Source: Alphaproteobacteria bacterium (GTDB taxonomy: Bacteria; Pseudomonadota; Alphaproteobacteria; Rickettsiales; SXRF01). From it: DNA of 64,000 nt. Each line of letters opens with the position of its first letter. The first letter of the stretch is position 1. Positions 26,251 through 35,042 of the stretch are shown piece by piece. Made by a program: the position numbers and the translations under genes. The notes beneath the pieces are model-generated. The model made no database searches and was not told the origin of the DNA. It worked only from the letters and a program-made list of their open reading frames with translations. The stretch spans positions 17,396 through 81,395 of the forward strand of contig JANRKF010000013.1 in assembly GCA_033763575.1 (NCBI GenBank), written 5' to 3'.

Positions 26251-26819
26251 CGCTGAATCATCTCGGCGGCGTCGCGCTGGCGGGCGGCGATAATCTCCTG
26301 CGCGTGGTTTTTCGTATGGCCTTTTTCTTCGGCCATCGCCTGTTGCGGTTCCTGTGCGTGGCTGCGGCCTGCCTGTTCATGCGATTGCACGGCGGCCATG
26401 GTATATTCCTGCAGCATGCGCTCTTTCCCGGCATCGCCGCCGAGGAAAACGCCCGTCACCAATCCGGCCAATCCGCCGGCGGCAAGCAGCAATCCGGCGC
26501 CCTCGGCCACTGCAGGCGCGATCACCGGCATAAAGGGTGCCGCCGCGACGACCGCAAGCATAGCGATAGCCCCCAACGCCTGTCCGAGCAGCCCGCCGAG
26601 CAGCGCGTCTTTATTCCAGAACGTCGGCTCACCGACCGGCTTTCCGACGGCGGCTTCTTTTTCCATACGGTCTTTGCCGATGAACGCGCCGACCACAGCG
26701 CCAATAATCCCAATGCCGGGAATCAATAGGCCGATGGCGGCATCCTTATTGAAATAGGTGGGTGTCTGGTTGGTCTTGAGAATCAGTGTTTCAGCCATAA
26801 ATCCATCCTTTGCGTCCAT
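26247..26819 (-). CDS. hypothetical glycine-zipper membrane protein
   Basis: 190 aa with Gly/Ala-rich helices ([40 protein letters not shown]). Convergent 4-nt overlap with the uvrA stop. Confidence 0.5.
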   Translation of the reverse strand: MDAKDGFMAETLILKTNQTPTYFNKDAAIGLLIPGIGIIGAVVGAFIGKDRMEKEAAVGKPVGEPTFWNKDALLGGLLGQALGAIAMLAVVAAAPFMPVIAPAVAEGAGLLLAAGGLAGLVTGVFLGGDAGKERMLQEYTMAAVQSHEQAGRSHAQEPQQAMAEEKGHTKNHAQEIIAARQRDAAEMIQR

Positions 26820-26867
26820 ATTATCATAAATTCCCGCAAGAAATATGACAATTTGATGAAGGCTGGG

Positions 26868-27302
26868 TTAGGCTTTTACAACCCCAGCGGCTGGCGTGGC
26901 AGGGGTCGTGTTCTCAGCTACAACCGAGCCGGGAACATTGCCTACCTCCGGCTTCTCTTTCACCTGGCCTGCAACGCGCCCGAACACATAATCCAGCACT
27001 TGCGCTATGGGTTCTCCGCCCTCGCCAACGGAGGTCCTATAGATTTCATTTTGCAGGCCCTTACCAGAAATAGTCACGTTCAAATCAAACACCGGAGCAT
27101 TTTTACTCCGCGGCTCTCCCTCAAATTTAATATTCATGCCGTCAACCCGACCACCATCCACGATTTTAAGTAAAACACTAATTTTTTTTGTACTTTGGTC
27201 AAAACTGACTGAAGACAAGTTCATTGCAAACCCTGTCCTATCCACTGCATCTAAAATTGCGTCGTAAATTTTTAAAGCATCCATTTCCGTCATATCCTCC
27301 AT
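26868..27302 (-). CDS. hypothetical protein
   Basis: 144-aa ORF on the strand opposite a poorer shadow ORF. No motif recognised. Confidence 0.45.
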   Translation of the reverse strand: MEDMTEMDALKIYDAILDAVDRTGFAMNLSSVSFDQSTKKISVLLKIVDGGRVDGMNIKFEGEPRSKNAPVFDLNVTISGKGLQNEIYRTSVGEGGEPIAQVLDYVFGRVAGQVKEKPEVGNVPGSVVAENTTPATPAAGVVKA

Positions 27303-27335
27303 AAAATAAAAGGGAGGCGGTGAGGCCTCCCTTTT
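27302..27335 (-). terminator. rho-independent terminator downstream of the CarD-family gene
   Basis: GGGAGGC-N6-GCCTCCC stem (27312-27331) followed on the minus strand by TTTTATTTTAT. Confidence 0.65.
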
Positions 27336-27353
27336 ATCGTTAGCGTGTTGAAC

Positions 27354-28244
27354 TCACGCCGCTTCTTTGAGTGCGGCGGCAGCGGCCACTTTGGCGCGCA
27401 GCAGCTTCATCAGCTTGTCGTAGGCGGCCTTGGTATCGGTGCCTTCGGCAGCGGCCACTTCACCGACGAGGCGGCCAAGCGCGTTTTCATAAATCATCCG
27501 CTCGGAGTAAGAACGCTCGGACTGGTCAACGTTCTGGTGCAGGTCGCGCACCACTTCCGAGATGAGGATGATGTTGCCGGAGTTGATTTTTGTTTCATAC
27601 TCCTGGGCGCGGCGCGACCACATGCCGCGGGAAATTTTCGCTTTGCTTTTCAGCGAGGCGTAGACTTCCTTCATTTTGTCGCTGCCGCTGATCGGGCGGA
27701 GGCCCGCAGCAGAAGCCCGTTGCATCGGCACGCGCAGGGTCATCTTATCTTTTTCAAAATTGATGACGAGCAGGCGCAGCTCGATATCGCCGATCATCTG
27801 CGTTTCCTCGGCGATGATTTTGCCGACGCCGTGCGTGGGATACACCACATAATTGCCGACCTTATAGAGCGCTTTCTGCTCTTTCGCGGTTTGCACCGGG
27901 AATACCACCGGCACTTTGCGGTTGGATTTCGGGGCCGGGCGTTTGGCCACAGCGACCTTCGCGACCGGAAGTTTTTTTGCCGCAGGCTTCACAACCGCTT
28001 TAGCCACCGGTTTTTTCGCAGGCGCTTTTTTAGCGACAACCTTCTTCACTGCGGCTTTTTTCACCGGCAGTTTTTTGACAATTTTCTTAGCAAGCACTTT
28101 CCTGGCGCTGTTTTTTTTGACCGGTGCTTTTTTAGCCGCGGCTTTTTTGGCCACTTTCTTCACCGATGTTTTTTTCGTAGTTTTAGCAGCCGTTTTTTTA
28201 GCGACGATCTTTTTTGCTATTTTTTTAGGTTGTGCTTTGGCCAT
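27354..28244 (-). CDS. carD: CarD/CdnL-family RNA-polymerase-binding regulator with ~115-aa Lys/Ala-rich N-terminal tail
   Basis: Core YKVGNYVVYPTHGVGKI...MTLRVPM...SRRAQEYETKINSG. The N-terminal tail consists of AKK/VKK repeats. The start at 28244 (MAKAQPKK) is preferred, and 28295 is also possible. Confidence 0.8.
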   Translation of the reverse strand: MAKAQPKKIAKKIVAKKTAAKTTKKTSVKKVAKKAAAKKAPVKKNSARKVLAKKIVKKLPVKKAAVKKVVAKKAPAKKPVAKAVVKPAAKKLPVAKVAVAKRPAPKSNRKVPVVFPVQTAKEQKALYKVGNYVVYPTHGVGKIIAEETQMIGDIELRLLVINFEKDKMTLRVPMQRASAAGLRPISGSDKMKEVYASLKSKAKISRGMWSRRAQEYETKINSGNIILISEVVRDLHQNVDQSERSYSERMIYENALGRLVGEVAAAEGTDTKAAYDKLMKLLRAKVAAAAALKEAA

Positions 28245-28470
28245 GTTTCCCAACTTTCCGTTGCGTGGCGTCCATTTTTTTGAGGATTGAGCCACAAAGT
28301 TAAAAACTAGATTTAGTAGAGTTTTAAATAAACACCCACAAAATATGGTTGTTTTTCATTAAAACAAGTCGCACATTATCACAATCTTAAGGGAAAAGAA
28401 AGGGTTTATTTATTAAATACCCCAGCGGGGCATATTCGGGGCATATATCAAGGCCGTGCGGGCATTCACG

Positions 28471-29025
28471 CTACGGCGCGGTGAGCACCTTGGGCGGCGG
28501 CGCGAAGAACTCGCTGCTCACGATTTTATCGCCGGGACGGATCGACTGCGCGTCGGTCACACCGCCTGCCAGCAGCAGAATCGCCTTGCTGGGCTTGGAA
28601 TCGGCCAGCGGTTCGCTTAGCTCGGAAAGGTTGAGCAGCGGCGCGATGGAGGTGATTTTTCCGTTCTCGTCGATCCACAGCACATCGAGCGGCTGGTAAT
28701 ATTTCATCGGGGCGATCGGGGCGGGCTGCGGCGGGTTGAACAGGAAAAACATGCCGTTTAAGCCGCTCAGGCTGCCCATATTCACCCAGCCCTCCTGCCG
28801 GTAGAGGCTGTCGGCCGGGCGGATATCGACCTCGACCTGCACCAGCGGATTGGTGGGTTGCGCTGTCGCGTCCTCGCCTTCCCAAGGCAGGGCGGGGGCC
28901 GCCGGGGGGTGGGCGCGCAGAAGCTGCAGCGTGCCGCGCTGATAGGCGAAGGTGGCCAGCCCCTGCGCCTGGGCGCTTTCGGTGCAGCAGAAACTAGCGC
29001 ACAGGATGAGAAACAAATACCGCAT
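28471..29025 (-). CDS. DUF192-like secreted protein (divergent copy)
   Basis: Signal peptide MRYLFLILCASFCCTESAQA. ...GMFFLF...PLDVLWIDENGKITSI resembles DUF192. Confidence 0.5.
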   Translation of the reverse strand: MRYLFLILCASFCCTESAQAQGLATFAYQRGTLQLLRAHPPAAPALPWEGEDATAQPTNPLVQVEVDIRPADSLYRQEGWVNMGSLSGLNGMFFLFNPPQPAPIAPMKYYQPLDVLWIDENGKITSIAPLLNLSELSEPLADSKPSKAILLLAGGVTDAQSIRPGDKIVSSEFFAPPPKVLTAP

Positions 29026-29473
29026 GTTTGACCTTATCTCCGACTTTGATGTGTTTTTTTTCGGCGGTTCCGGCGGCCAGTTCAAGCACCGCTTTCACCG
29101 GCTCCGGCGAGCTTATGATGGCGGGCGATTCGGGCGTGGTATTGTGTTCGATAGTGACGATCCTGCCCTTGGCGTCGATGAAGATCATATCGAGCGGGAT
29201 CAGGGTGTTTTTCATCCACATGCGGGCGAGGGTAGGCTGGTGGTAGACGAACAGCATGCCGTGGTCGGGCGCGAGATAATTGCGGAACATCAGCCCATGT
29301 TCGAGCTGCACATTGCTGGTCGCCAGTTCAATGGTGAAGTGGTGTTTGCCGATTTCAATCATTGAGGTGGAGAAGGCGATGTCCTTCGCCTGCGCCGGAA
29401 ACCCTAGGAAAAGCAGAGATAGCAGAATTGTGACAGTTTGAAGAAATCTGCGCGAAGCGCCTAGCTTTTGCAT
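28994..29473 (-). CDS. DUF192 family secreted protein
   Basis: Signal peptide, then EHGLMFRNYLAPDHGMLFVY...MWMKNTLIPLDMIFIDAKGRIV, the DUF192 signature. Confidence 0.7.
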   Translation of the reverse strand: MQKLGASRRFLQTVTILLSLLFLGFPAQAKDIAFSTSMIEIGKHHFTIELATSNVQLEHGLMFRNYLAPDHGMLFVYHQPTLARMWMKNTLIPLDMIFIDAKGRIVTIEHNTTPESPAIISSPEPVKAVLELAAGTAEKKHIKVGDKVKHAVFVSHPVR

Positions 29474-30553
29474 GAAAATTACCGTATAATGAGTCCCATG
29501 AGCACCATACGACACTTTAGCGGCAGCCGGGAATCAAGCAAGCATTCTGTGGCCAAGGAAATTTTGCAGCTCGAAATGCAGAAGAAGGGCAAGCTGCCCG
29601 CCGAGCTGCGCTATAAGATCATTTTCAAGCGCAAGCAGGAAGAAGCCAAGGAAAAGGCGTTGAAGGCCATGAACCAGGACGGTTTCTCCGCCTCGGGGAA
29701 GATGGTGTCGCAGCGTAAGATGTCCGAGCGCGCCGAGCACGCGCTCAAGGAAATGGCGATGAAGAAGGCGGCCAAGGAGCAGAAAAAACTCCGCAAGATG
29801 GTCATCGTGCAGCCGCAGCATTTTTCCAACGGCCATATCGACAAGAAGGGCCAGATCTTCGATATCGCCGGGAACATGGTCGGCAAGGTCAACACCAAGA
29901 ACGGCGCGATGTCGCTCAACAGCGGCTGGAGCATCGGCAAATACAAACCGAAATCCTATATGACCAAGCTGCTCATCGAGCAGGCGATCAACAAGCACAG
30001 CCCGTATTTCATCAAACAACGGCTGATGCAGGCACAACAGGCGTCGCTCAGCAACGTCCACGGCATGTTCACCGATCCGAACGTGGTGAACGTGCAGGGC
30101 GTGTCGGCGCAGGCGGCGATGCATGGCGGCGGCATATATGGCGGCGCGGCGCACGGGGATTACGGCGTGCACGGCTACGACGAGCATCTTCACCAGTCGG
30201 GCTTCCCGCAGAATTTCAACGTCACCGCCTGGGGCGCGGTCAGCAACAACGCCTGGGGGACGTTCAGCAACAACGTCCACGGCACGCTGGCCGATAACGT
30301 GCACGGCACCATGAACACCGACGTCTGGGGCGGCGCCGGCAGCAGCGGCATGTGGGGCCAGCGCGGCGTGCGCATGTTAGGCACCGGCAGCGGTGCGAAC
30401 CATCTCACCGGCATCACCAAATGGATCCTCGGGCTGTTCGGCTATCAGAGCAAGGCGGCGCGTGAGGCGCTGCGCCAGTCACGCGCCCTGCGCGCAGCCG
30501 GTGTCGGCGGCGGTGGCGGCGGCGCGCCCGTCATCCGCGGCGGCAGGCGGTAG
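29468..30553 (+). CDS. hypothetical protein with Lys-rich N-half and WG/HG repeat, Gly-rich C-half
   Basis: 361-aa ORF. Degenerate repeats NVTAWGAVSNNAWGTFSNNVHGTLADNVHGTMNTDVWGG. It ends GVGGGGGGAPVIRGGRR. The start is uncertain. Confidence 0.5.
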   Translation: MHENYRIMSPMSTIRHFSGSRESSKHSVAKEILQLEMQKKGKLPAELRYKIIFKRKQEEAKEKALKAMNQDGFSASGKMVSQRKMSERAEHALKEMAMKKAAKEQKKLRKMVIVQPQHFSNGHIDKKGQIFDIAGNMVGKVNTKNGAMSLNSGWSIGKYKPKSYMTKLLIEQAINKHSPYFIKQRLMQAQQASLSNVHGMFTDPNVVNVQGVSAQAAMHGGGIYGGAAHGDYGVHGYDEHLHQSGFPQNFNVTAWGAVSNNAWGTFSNNVHGTLADNVHGTMNTDVWGGAGSSGMWGQRGVRMLGTGSGANHLTGITKWILGLFGYQSKAAREALRQSRALRAAGVGGGGGGAPVIRGGRR

Positions 30554-30563
30554 GCGGGGGTAT

Positions 30564-30665
30564 AATCCCCGCATTTATTGCGGGGTCCCGTCATTGCGAG
30601 CGCATGCGAAGCAATCCAGCGACCTGAAAATAGATTGCTTTGTCGCTTACGCTCCGCGCAATGAC
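30564..30665. repeat. REP hairpin (AATCCCCGCATTTATTGCGGGGTC) plus 76-bp palindromic MITE-like element (GTCATTGCGAGCG...CGCGCAATGAC)
   Basis: Hairpin at 30564-30587. The element at 30590-30665 has complementary termini. The hairpin recurs near-identically at 43021 and 45649, and inverted at 43119. Confidence 0.75.
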
Positions 30666-30707
30666 ATCACTGCTGCACCAACGAGAAGTAACGCCTGCAT
30701 CACCCTA

Positions 30708-31862
30708 TCACGGAGAGCCTATGCCGGATGCCGGTGATAAAATAGCGGCGGGCACCAGCGAGGCAGCAGCGCGGATTGCGGCGTCTTTGCTTTGCATCCG
30801 CACCAGCCGCACATCCCCGCAACTCGCCTGCAATTCTGGATTACTACGCATTTCCTCGCCGGCATATTGAATAAGTTTTTCGCCGATTACCGGCAATTGC
30901 CCGGTGCCGCCGCTAATCAGGAAAATAGTGGCGGGCTTGGCGGCGGCCTTGTAATCATCGCTCCAGCCATTGGCGGGATTGACGTCGCGTGATACGCCGG
31001 ATTTCACCAGCCCGATGGTTCGCGCCAGGTATTTTCCGGCAAATTTGAGGGCCTTTTCCACTGCCTCTGTCGGCGGGTCGGGATAATTATCCTGCTCACC
31101 CATACCGGCGAGCGCTTTAATCACCGGGCCGCTGAACAAATCTTCCGCACGCACTTCACGCTCTTCCGGAAACTCCACAGGCACTATATCTGCTGCTGCG
31201 AGGCACTGATGCAGATACTCCCAGTCTTCATCGTCTATCCCGACGCGAAATTCGCCGATTTCCCCGTCAGTGACGAAATTTTTCTGGTCTCCACGCTCAT
31301 TCGTTTGCACGAAGGCGTTACCGATGCCGGTGCCGATGCCGATATAACCGACCAGCTTGTTGGCAAAATCCCTTTTTTCCATCGATGCGCCGGATTGGTC
31401 GGTATATGTCGTGCCGTCGGGAGCGGTTTTGATACTCTCCACCAGTCCCGCTGCCATGGTGTGCCCATCGTTGGCGACAAAAACGGGCAGGGGGGTATCG
31501 TTTAACGCCTCGGCATAAATCGCCTGTAAATTCACATTGTCAAAAGCATCCGTGGTCGGGCCGACATTCGGACTGCTGCCGGGCATCAACGTGCCATCGG
31601 CCCTGAAGCGTCCGGGAGCGCCGACACCTACCGCCACCAACGCACCTTCTCGCGCCCATCGCCTGGCTTCCTTTATCAAACCCGCTATTTGCGCGGCATG
31701 GTCAGCCGGAAGGCGGCCGCCTGTCTCGACCACTCCAAAGATTTTGGCGGGTTCTTGCTTGATACGGCTATTGTCCACCTCGTACAATGCCGAGGCAATT
31801 TTGGTGCCGCCGATATCAATACCCATCACATATTTTTTTGCTTTGCTTGTTGGTACTGTCAT
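30708..31862 (-). CDS. ROK-family sugar kinase-like protein
   Basis: GIDIGGTKIA near the N-terminus, then VGAPG and VANDGHTMAAG. Overall this is the ROK/ASKHA layout, and the substrate is not inferable. Confidence 0.6.
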   Translation of the reverse strand: MTVPTSKAKKYVMGIDIGGTKIASALYEVDNSRIKQEPAKIFGVVETGGRLPADHAAQIAGLIKEARRWAREGALVAVGVGAPGRFRADGTLMPGSSPNVGPTTDAFDNVNLQAIYAEALNDTPLPVFVANDGHTMAAGLVESIKTAPDGTTYTDQSGASMEKRDFANKLVGYIGIGTGIGNAFVQTNERGDQKNFVTDGEIGEFRVGIDDEDWEYLHQCLAAADIVPVEFPEEREVRAEDLFSGPVIKALAGMGEQDNYPDPPTEAVEKALKFAGKYLARTIGLVKSGVSRDVNPANGWSDDYKAAAKPATIFLISGGTGQLPVIGEKLIQYAGEEMRSNPELQASCGDVRLVRMQSKDAAIRAAASLVPAAILSPASGIGSP

Positions 31863-31913
31863 ATATTCACCCCGTTTGTTTTTTGCCGCCCCAGCAGCCT
31901 TAATCTTAGCACA

Positions 31914-32213
31914 TCAGGCCGGGCGGTTTTCGACAGCGCTCACATATTGCCGGAGCGCGGCATTGACCGAATTATCGACATTGAGATGATGAGAATGCAT
32001 ATACTCGACCAGATCACCGTCCAGATGCACGATTATTTTCCGGCGCGGCGCGGCATCCTCTCGCACAAATTCGGCGTCTTCCTCATCGGCCAGACGTTCA
32101 ATTTCCGCATCGGTCATCGTGTAGAATTTTTCGCCGGGCTTGATATTTTCCCTGGCGATTTTTTCTAATACCTCATCCATGGTATATCTTACGATATTCT
32201 CTTTTTTCTGCAT
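31914..32213 (-). CDS. brnA: BrnA-family antitoxin
   Basis: C-terminal ribbon-helix-helix-like IVHLDGDLVEYMHSHHLNVDNSVNAALRQYV. It lies immediately downstream of brnT and overlaps it. Confidence 0.7.
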   Translation of the reverse strand: MQKKENIVRYTMDEVLEKIARENIKPGEKFYTMTDAEIERLADEEDAEFVREDAAPRRKIIVHLDGDLVEYMHSHHLNVDNSVNAALRQYVSAVENRPA

Positions 32214-32463
32214 TTCGAGTACTCCTTAGAGAGATAATTCTAAGCGATTTCCTGCGATATGTAAAGACCGCCGTAGCGAGTTTTCCGCCGATCAAACCCG
32301 TTGCAAGCCAGCGCTCGTCATCATTACCGCTCAAGCTACTCCGCTGTATCACCATCTTGGATTCTTTAAACATTTGCACTGCAAGCTCGAAAGAAAGGCC
32401 ATGTTTCTGTTGATTTATCAGATTTTTCGCCTCATCCCATTCGAACGTTGACGTAAGGTTCAT
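32173..32463 (-). CDS. brnT: BrnT-family (DUF497) toxin
   Basis: [26 protein letters not shown]...[16 protein letters not shown] is typical of BrnT. Confidence 0.8.
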   Translation of the reverse strand: MNLTSTFEWDEAKNLINQQKHGLSFELAVQMFKESKMVIQRSSLSGNDDERWLATGLIGGKLATAVFTYRRKSLRIISLRSTRNAEKREYRKIYHG

Positions 32464-33662
32464 GATTTTAGCAACCGCAGCCTGAGCGCATTCAGCTTGA
32501 TGAATCCGGCGGCGTCTTTCTGGTCATAGGCCCCGGCGTCGTCCTCAAACGTCACATGTTTTTCGGAATAAAGCGATTTGGCGGATTTGCGGCCATCCAC
32601 GCTCACGCTACCCTTAAACAGCTTCAGCCGCACCGTGCCTTCCACATTTTTCTGCGATTCATCAATCAGCGCTTGCAGCATTTTGCGCTCCGGCGACCAC
32701 CAGTAGCCGTTATAAATCAGCTCGGCGTAGCGGGGCATCATCTCATCTTTCAAATGCATGGCGCCGCGGTCGAGTGTGATGCTTTCAATCCCGCGATGCG
32801 CCGCGAGCAGGATGGTACCGCCCGGTGTTTCATACACGCCGCGGCTTTTCATGCCGACATATCGGTTTTCGACCAAATCCAGCCGCCCAATGCCGTGCTT
32901 GCCGCCCAGCTCATTGAGCCTGGTAAGCAGCATAGCGGGCGATAATTTCTGGCCATTCACGCCCACCGCGTCGCCCCGCGCAAATTCCACCTCGATGAAT
33001 TCGGCCTTATCGGGCGCTTGCTCCGGCGCCACCGAGCGCGTGAACATATCCTCATGCGGGGCCACCCACGGGTCTTCCAGCACTTTGCCCTCATAGGAAA
33101 TATGCAGCAGGTTGGCGTCGGTGGAGTAGGGGGCTTCGCCGCGCTTATCCTTGGCGATGGGGATCTGGTGTTTTTCCGCGTATTCAATGAGCTTGGTGCG
33201 GCTGGTTAAATCCCATTCACGCCACGGGGCGATGACTTTAATATCCGGATTCAGGCCGTAATAGCCCAGCTCAAACCGCACCTGATCGTTGCCTTTGCCG
33301 GTGGCGCCGTGGGCGACCGCATCCGCCCCGGTTTCCTTAGCAATTTCGATCTGGCGCTTGGAAATCAGCGGCCTGGCGATGGAAGTTCCAAGCAAATAGA
33401 CGCCCTCATACAGCGCGTTGGCGCGAAACATGGGGAACACGAAATCCCGCACGAATTCCTCGCGCAGGTCCTCGATAAAGATTTCTTTCGCGCCCATCAT
33501 TTTGGCTTTGGCGCGGGCGGGTTCAATTTCTTCGCCCTGGCCCAAATCCGCCGTGAACGTTACCACCTCGCAGCCATATTGCTCCTGCAACCAGCGCAGG
33601 ATGATCGATGTATCCAGCCCGCCGGAATAGGCAAGCACCACTTTCTTGATATTATTTTTCAT
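32460..33662 (-). CDS. argG: argininosuccinate synthase
   Basis: [12 protein letters not shown] (N-type ATP-PPase motif), then [13 protein letters not shown] and GRLDLVENR. Confidence 0.97.
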   Translation of the reverse strand: MKNNIKKVVLAYSGGLDTSIILRWLQEQYGCEVVTFTADLGQGEEIEPARAKAKMMGAKEIFIEDLREEFVRDFVFPMFRANALYEGVYLLGTSIARPLISKRQIEIAKETGADAVAHGATGKGNDQVRFELGYYGLNPDIKVIAPWREWDLTSRTKLIEYAEKHQIPIAKDKRGEAPYSTDANLLHISYEGKVLEDPWVAPHEDMFTRSVAPEQAPDKAEFIEVEFARGDAVGVNGQKLSPAMLLTRLNELGGKHGIGRLDLVENRYVGMKSRGVYETPGGTILLAAHRGIESITLDRGAMHLKDEMMPRYAELIYNGYWWSPERKMLQALIDESQKNVEGTVRLKLFKGSVSVDGRKSAKSLYSEKHVTFEDDAGAYDQKDAAGFIKLNALRLRLLKS

Positions 33663-33788
33663 AATGTATCCTTGTCATTCCGACCGCAGTGGAGGAATCC
33701 TAGGATCCCTCGGCGTTGCTCGGGATGGCAGTTTAGGATTCGACGGCGCCAGACATAACCCAACCCGCCGCCAAACACAAGCGGGAGA

Positions 33789-34637
33789 TTAATTGGGCGA
33801 GCGGGCGGGGCCGGGGCCACCATGTTCGAGATAGAGTTTTTCCACCGCCTCGAAGATATTTTCGATTGCCTTGTCACGATCCACATGGGTTATCTGATCC
33901 ATCGGCACGCCGTTTAGCTCATCGGAGATGATCAGATAGAGTGGATTATCAAGCAGCTTATCCTTTTTCTCCGTACCGCGCTTGCTTCGATCGAGCTTCA
34001 CGCCGCTTTCGTATAGCTGCATCACGCGGTCGGCGATATGCTGCGCTCTATTTTCTCCCATATCCTCACCACGTACTGTGTTCCCCCGGACTTTTTCTCG
34101 TAATTCCTCCATCACCAGACCCTCGATATAATCATTATTGAGGCCCCGAACGGGAACACGGCGAGCGACTCCGCCCACTTGCGTTGATGGCTCATCGTCG
34201 TCTCCGAGAAATACAGCATGCATTGGAAGTTTCTCAAGCTCGGCTGCCTCTTTAGCCATTACTTGGATAAAAATATCCAGCAACATATCCGATACCGCAT
34301 CAGCCATCTGTATTTTTTTGGCTTCTACATATTCCTTCAATTCTCCCAACACCTTGACGGCGGAATCAAACATCAACTTGTTATCGACGTTTTTTTGCTG
34401 AGGCGGCGCTGCGGTAATCATCCGGATACCATCGCCACCACTGATAGCATCTGCCATAACCCCGGATTCAAAGAGCCGCAATCGAACAAGCTTCGCAATG
34501 TCTTCCATTTCCTTATCCGGAAGCGCCGGCGATGACACAAGACAAAGTTGCGCATTGTTTTGGTAATACGTAACCAGTTGGATAGCCTGACTGCCAATCT
34601 TAATAGTATACAAATTGCTCGGTTTGGGGTCGCTCAC
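33789..34637 (-). CDS. hypothetical protein downstream of hfq
   Basis: 282-aa ORF lying 27 nt downstream of hfq on the same strand. It has no P-loop, so it is not HflX, and no motif was recognised. Confidence 0.55.
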   Translation of the reverse strand: MSDPKPSNLYTIKIGSQAIQLVTYYQNNAQLCLVSSPALPDKEMEDIAKLVRLRLFESGVMADAISGGDGIRMITAAPPQQKNVDNKLMFDSAVKVLGELKEYVEAKKIQMADAVSDMLLDIFIQVMAKEAAELEKLPMHAVFLGDDDEPSTQVGGVARRVPVRGLNNDYIEGLVMEELREKVRGNTVRGEDMGENRAQHIADRVMQLYESGVKLDRSKRGTEKKDKLLDNPLYLIISDELNGVPMDQITHVDRDKAIENIFEAVEKLYLEHGGPGPARSPN

Positions 34638-34664
34638 GCCGGGTGCATCCTCTGATTTTCGTTT

Positions 34665-34925
34665 TTACGCTTCCGACGCCAGCGCTTCTTCCACGCCTTC
34701 TTCATCCTGCAATGTGACAGTGGCGCTCGGCACCACGGTGGCGATGGTATGTTTATACACCAGCTGCACCTGCGGGCCGCGGCGCAGCAGCAGCGAGAAA
34801 TTATCGAAGCTGGTGATATTGCCCTGCAGCTTCACGCCGTTGGCGAGGAATACGGTAACGGGCACGCGTTTTTTACGCACCGTGTTGAGGAATACATCCT
34901 GCACATTTTGCGGTTTGTCGGCCAT
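34665..34925 (-). CDS. hfq: RNA chaperone Hfq
   Basis: [58 protein letters not shown] contains the Sm1 and Sm2 motifs. Confidence 0.95.
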   Translation of the reverse strand: MADKPQNVQDVFLNTVRKKRVPVTVFLANGVKLQGNITSFDNFSLLLRRGPQVQLVYKHTIATVVPSATVTLQDEEGVEEALASEA

Positions 34926-35042
34926 ATCGCCCCCCTTTTTCTTTTACGAATAGCCCTTGGCGGCACTCCATGCAAGATGTTTTACTTGATAAAGCTATAT
35001 TAACCGCTGCATAATGGCGCGATCACACACGGAATCCCAGCA

